A stretch of 24,807 nucleotides of DNA, from positions 1-24,807 of the forward strand of contig JAENXH010000002.1 of the NCBI GenBank assembly GCA_016649585.1. The letters are read 5' to 3'. The notes beneath the pieces are model-generated. The model did not search any database. It was not told where the DNA came from and was given only the letters and a program-made list of their open reading frames with translations. Position numbers and translations under genes: made by a program. This DNA comes from Methanosarcinales archaeon. Lineage in GTDB: Archaea; Halobacteriota; Syntropharchaeia; Alkanophagales; Methanospirareceae. Shown here piece by piece: positions 21,447 to 24,807 of the stretch (positions are counted from its first letter, which is position 1; the number at the start of each line of letters is the position of its first letter).

Positions 21447-24029
21447 ATGAGACTTGATAAACTGACTGTAAAGGCGCAAGAAGCACTGCAGGAAGCAAAG
21501 AACCTTGCGGACAAGTACAATCAGCAGCAGATAGATGTGGAACACCTCTTGTTAGCCTTGGTTGAACAACCAGAAGGTATTGTTATCCCGATATTGCAGA
21601 AAATCGGCGTTGATATTGACCAGCTCAAAGCACGGCTCGATGAGCATTTACGTTCACAACCTCAGGTATATGGCGCAGGTGGTATCGATCAGCTCTACAT
21701 ATCACCGAGATTGAATAAGGTGCTGGAAGCTGCATGGAACGAAGCGCAAGCGATGAAAGACGAGTACATGAGCACCGAGCATATGCTGCTTGCGATTGCA
21801 GACGAGGCGGAGCCTTCGTCACCGCAGATCCTTAAAGGCATGGGTGCGACAAAGGACAGGATCTACGAAGCCTTAACGGGGATTCGTGGTGGGCAGCGGA
21901 TCGTAGATCAAACTCCAGAGGATAAGTATCAGGCGTTGGAACGATATACGCGTGACTTAACAGAACTCGCGCGTCAAGGGAAGCTCGACCCGGTAATCGG
22001 TAGGAACGATGAAATCCGTCGGGTTATGCAAGTCCTCTCACGACGCACGAAGAACAATCCGGTGCTTATAGGCGATGCAGGCGTAGGAAAGACCGCGATA
22101 GCTGAAGGCTTAGCACAGCGCATTGTCAATGGCGACGTCCCGGAGACGCTGAAGGATAAGCGTGTTTTAGCGCTCGACATGGGCGCATTAATCGCCGGTG
22201 CAAAGTTCAGGGGTGAGTTTGAAGACCGTCTCAAAGCGGTATTAAAGGAGATTGATGAAGCTGCGGGTCAGATTGTACTCTTTATTGATGAATTGCACAC
22301 AGTGGTAGGCGCAGGTGCGGCAGAAGGTGCGATAGACGCCTCTAACATGCTCAAACCCGCACTGGCGCGCGGCGAACTCAGATGTGTCGGTGCTACCACG
22401 ACAAATGAATATCGTAAATACATCGAAAAGGACGCAGCATTGGAACGGCGATTCCAGCCGATTACAGTCCGTGAACCATCGGAAGAGGATACAATTTCGA
22501 TTCTGCGCGGCTTAAAGGAGCGATACGAACTGCATCACGGTGTGCGGATTCGGGATTCTGCTTTGGTTGCTGCGGCCACGCTTTCGAGTAGATATATCAC
22601 CGATAGATTCCTGCCGGACAAGGCGATTGATGTCATTGACGAAGCTGCTTCTAAGTTGAGAACCGAGATTGACAGTATGCCAGTCGAGATTGACGAGGTA
22701 GAACGAAAAATCAGGCAACTGGAGATTGAGGAGCAGGCGTTGAAGCGAGAGAAGGACAAAGCATCTAAGGAACGGCTTGAGAAGCTCAGGAAAGAACTGG
22801 CAGGCTTAAAGGAGAAAGGCAACCAGCTCAAAGCGCGATGGCAGAATGAAAAAGAGATTATACAAAAGACAAGAGAAATCAAAGCGAAGATTGACCAGAC
22901 GAAGTTAGAAGAGCAACAGGCTGAACGCAGTGGCGATTTAGAGCGTGTGGCAAAAATCCGATATGGCACGCTGGTCGAACTGCAAAATGAATTGAATGCA
23001 CAGAACGAGAAACTGCAAGAGATACAGAAAGACCAGATGATGCTCAAAGAGGAGGTTGATGAAGAGGACGTTGCGGAGGTGATTGCGAAATGGACAGGGA
23101 TTCCCGTCTCTAAGATGTTGGAAGGCGAGACCGAGAAACTGCTCCATATGGAAGACCGCCTGAAACAGCGTGTTGTGGGCCAGGATAAAGCGATTTCGCT
23201 GATTGCCAATGCGATTAGACGGGCACGAGCAGGTCTAAGCGATCCAAGTAGACCTATAGGGTCGTTTATATTCCTCGGTCCGACGGGCGTCGGGAAGACA
23301 GAACTCGCAAAGGCACTGGCAGAATTCCTGTTCGATGATGAACGAGCGATGGTGCGTATGGACATGTCGGAATTCATGGAGCGGCACTCAATTGCACGGC
23401 TCATCGGCGCGCCACCGGGCTACGTAGGATATGAAGAGGGAGGATTCTTAACCGAAGCCGTGCGCAGAAAACAGTACACTGTGATCCTCTTTGATGAAAT
23501 CGAGAAGGCGCATAACGACGTCTTCAATCTGCTGCTTCAAATCTTAGACGACGGTCGTCTCACCGATGGTCATGGCAGAACCGTGAACTTCAAAAACACC
23601 GTGATTATCATGACTTCTAACGTTGCGACTCCGTTCATACATGAACTGAGCGGAAAGGAGTTGGAAGAAAAGGTAATGGAAGCGCTGAAAGCGCGGTTCC
23701 GACCTGAATTTCTGAATCGCATTGATGAGAATATCATATTCAATCCGTTGGGCATGGACGAACTAAAGATGATTGTGGGCATTCAAATGCGGTATCTGCA
23801 AGACAGACTTGCAGAGAAGAAGCTTACGATTGCCGTGAGCGACAGCGTAAAGGAATTGATAGCGAGTAAAGGCTTTGACCCTGTATTCGGGGCACGACCG
23901 GTAAAGCGAACAATTCAACGGCTGGTAGAAGACCCGTTATCCATGCAGATTTTGAATGGCGAGTTCAATGAGGGCGATACGATCAAGGCTGATGTTTCGG
24001 ATGGAACGATAGTGTTTTCACGCGCTTAG
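21447..24029 (+). CDS. clpB: ATP-dependent disaggregase ClpB (bacterial type)
   Basis: 860 aa. Clp N-domain, two AAA+ modules ([13 protein letters not shown]; [17 protein letters not shown]), long coiled-coil M domain ([24 protein letters not shown]...IRYG), [17 protein letters not shown]. Confidence 0.96.
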   Translation: MRLDKLTVKAQEALQEAKNLADKYNQQQIDVEHLLLALVEQPEGIVIPILQKIGVDIDQLKARLDEHLRSQPQVYGAGGIDQLYISPRLNKVLEAAWNEAQAMKDEYMSTEHMLLAIADEAEPSSPQILKGMGATKDRIYEALTGIRGGQRIVDQTPEDKYQALERYTRDLTELARQGKLDPVIGRNDEIRRVMQVLSRRTKNNPVLIGDAGVGKTAIAEGLAQRIVNGDVPETLKDKRVLALDMGALIAGAKFRGEFEDRLKAVLKEIDEAAGQIVLFIDELHTVVGAGAAEGAIDASNMLKPALARGELRCVGATTTNEYRKYIEKDAALERRFQPITVREPSEEDTISILRGLKERYELHHGVRIRDSALVAAATLSSRYITDRFLPDKAIDVIDEAASKLRTEIDSMPVEIDEVERKIRQLEIEEQALKREKDKASKERLEKLRKELAGLKEKGNQLKARWQNEKEIIQKTREIKAKIDQTKLEEQQAERSGDLERVAKIRYGTLVELQNELNAQNEKLQEIQKDQMMLKEEVDEEDVAEVIAKWTGIPVSKMLEGETEKLLHMEDRLKQRVVGQDKAISLIANAIRRARAGLSDPSRPIGSFIFLGPTGVGKTELAKALAEFLFDDERAMVRMDMSEFMERHSIARLIGAPPGYVGYEEGGFLTEAVRRKQYTVILFDEIEKAHNDVFNLLLQILDDGRLTDGHGRTVNFKNTVIIMTSNVATPFIHELSGKELEEKVMEALKARFRPEFLNRIDENIIFNPLGMDELKMIVGIQMRYLQDRLAEKKLTIAVSDSVKELIASKGFDPVFGARPVKRTIQRLVEDPLSMQILNGEFNEGDTIKADVSDGTIVFSRA

Positions 24030-24065
24030 GTTCTCAGTTTTTGCACCAGGAAGGAAGCGGAAAAA

Positions 24066-24807
24066 ATGGAAAAAGGGTATATTACAGAGCTATTCAGCTC
24101 TTTTCAAGGTGAAGGGCCGTATGCAGGTAAGAGACAGATATTCATTAGATTCGCAGGCTGCCGCCTATCCTGCTTCTATTGCGACACGGCCTATGCACGT
24201 GATCCCAAGCCGGGATTTTGCACGGTTTTTGGCAACGAAGCATCTTCCAAGAACAGGTCTATTAAAAATCCACTGCCTTCAACGCTTGTGATTGACTTTG
24301 TGAAGGAGCTTATCACGCCAGACCTCCACAGTATCTCATATACCGGTGGAGAACCGCTTTTATCCGCTTCTTTTCTAAAAGAAATAGCAAAGGAAGCGAA
24401 AAGCATGCATTTAAAGAATTTTATAGAAACAAACGGGTATTCAGCAAGCGCTTTCGCATCCATAGCCGATTACTTTGATTTCGCATCTATTGACGTCAAG
24501 CTGAGTAACCATCAAGCAGTAGCGGAAAAGGATTACGACAATCTGTATCGCAACGCGATGAACTGCATAAAAATCGCTGCGGACAAGGGATTAGAAACGA
24601 TAGTCAAGGTGGTGGTGCTAAAAAACACCTCCTCGGAGGAAATAGAAAAGATATGCAGCGATCTCGCAGACTTTAATGATAATGTAAAGTTTGTGTTACA
24701 ACCGGTTAACGTTCCGCCAGATTTACAAGATGCGGATATTGTACCAAATATAGAAGAACTCTTTGCGCTTTCAGAAACAGCAGGACTGTTTTTACAGGAC
24801 GTAATGG
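24066..24807 (+). CDS. queE: Radical SAM 7-carboxy-7-deazaguanine synthase QueE, 3'-partial (not in the ORF track)
   Basis: My translation: MEKGYITELFSSFQGEGPYAGKRQIFIRFAGCRLSCFYCDTAY...SYTGGEPLL...IETNG...IDVKL...FVLQPV. CxxxCxxC motif present; frame open to the window end. Confidence 0.85.
   Translation, partial: MEKGYITELFSSFQGEGPYAGKRQIFIRFAGCRLSCFYCDTAYARDPKPGFCTVFGNEASSKNRSIKNPLPSTLVIDFVKELITPDLHSISYTGGEPLLSASFLKEIAKEAKSMHLKNFIETNGYSASAFASIADYFDFASIDVKLSNHQAVAEKDYDNLYRNAMNCIKIAADKGLETIVKVVVLKNTSSEEIEKICSDLADFNDNVKFVLQPVNVPPDLQDADIVPNIEELFALSETAGLFLQDVM

Noticed and set aside
22535-23404. 289-aa ORF antisense to clpB, and similar antisense ORFs over nrdD, mae, argJ, dnaG, hisG and fic
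   Set aside because: Shadow frames of well-supported genes with Ser/Ile/Phe-rich complement composition and no independent motifs.
24066-24807. Terminal radical SAM gene as the missing NrdG activase
   Set aside because: The FSSFQGEG..GxRQIFIRFAGC...CDT and LQPV motifs fit QueE better, and it is about 20 kb from nrdD.

Overview
Archaeal chromosome segment, very probably ANME-1 (Ca. Methanophagales): the 16S contains, at 8345-8362, an exact match to the ANME-1-350 probe sequence as I recall it. Most of the window is core housekeeping DNA. It holds an nrdH-nrdD class III ribonucleotide reductase operon and a complete minus-strand rRNA operon (16S, tRNA-Ala, 23S, tRNA-Cys) with bulge-helix-bulge (BHB) processing stems but no 5S gene. 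Next come malic enzyme and a divergent fumarase beta subunit, argJ, tRNA-Val and dnaG. These are followed by the conserved priS-GINS-rpl44e-rps27e-eIF2alpha-nop10-PAC2 cluster (nop10 and rps27e are missing from the supplied ORF track), then hisG, clpB and a partial queE. There are two small accessory patches. At 1-950 lie an IS1 right end and an AT-rich, probably frameshifted membrane-protein gene. At 19076-21300 lie a short phased-motif stretch, a broken IS5-type element and a Fic gene. I found no convincing new multi-gene system, CRISPR array, intron or intein. The best leads are a natural G2453/U2499 covariation in the 23S peptidyl-transferase centre, the loss of 5S from between 23S and tRNA-Cys, the split membrane protein with a Cys-rich tail, and the Fic protein's N-terminal extension.
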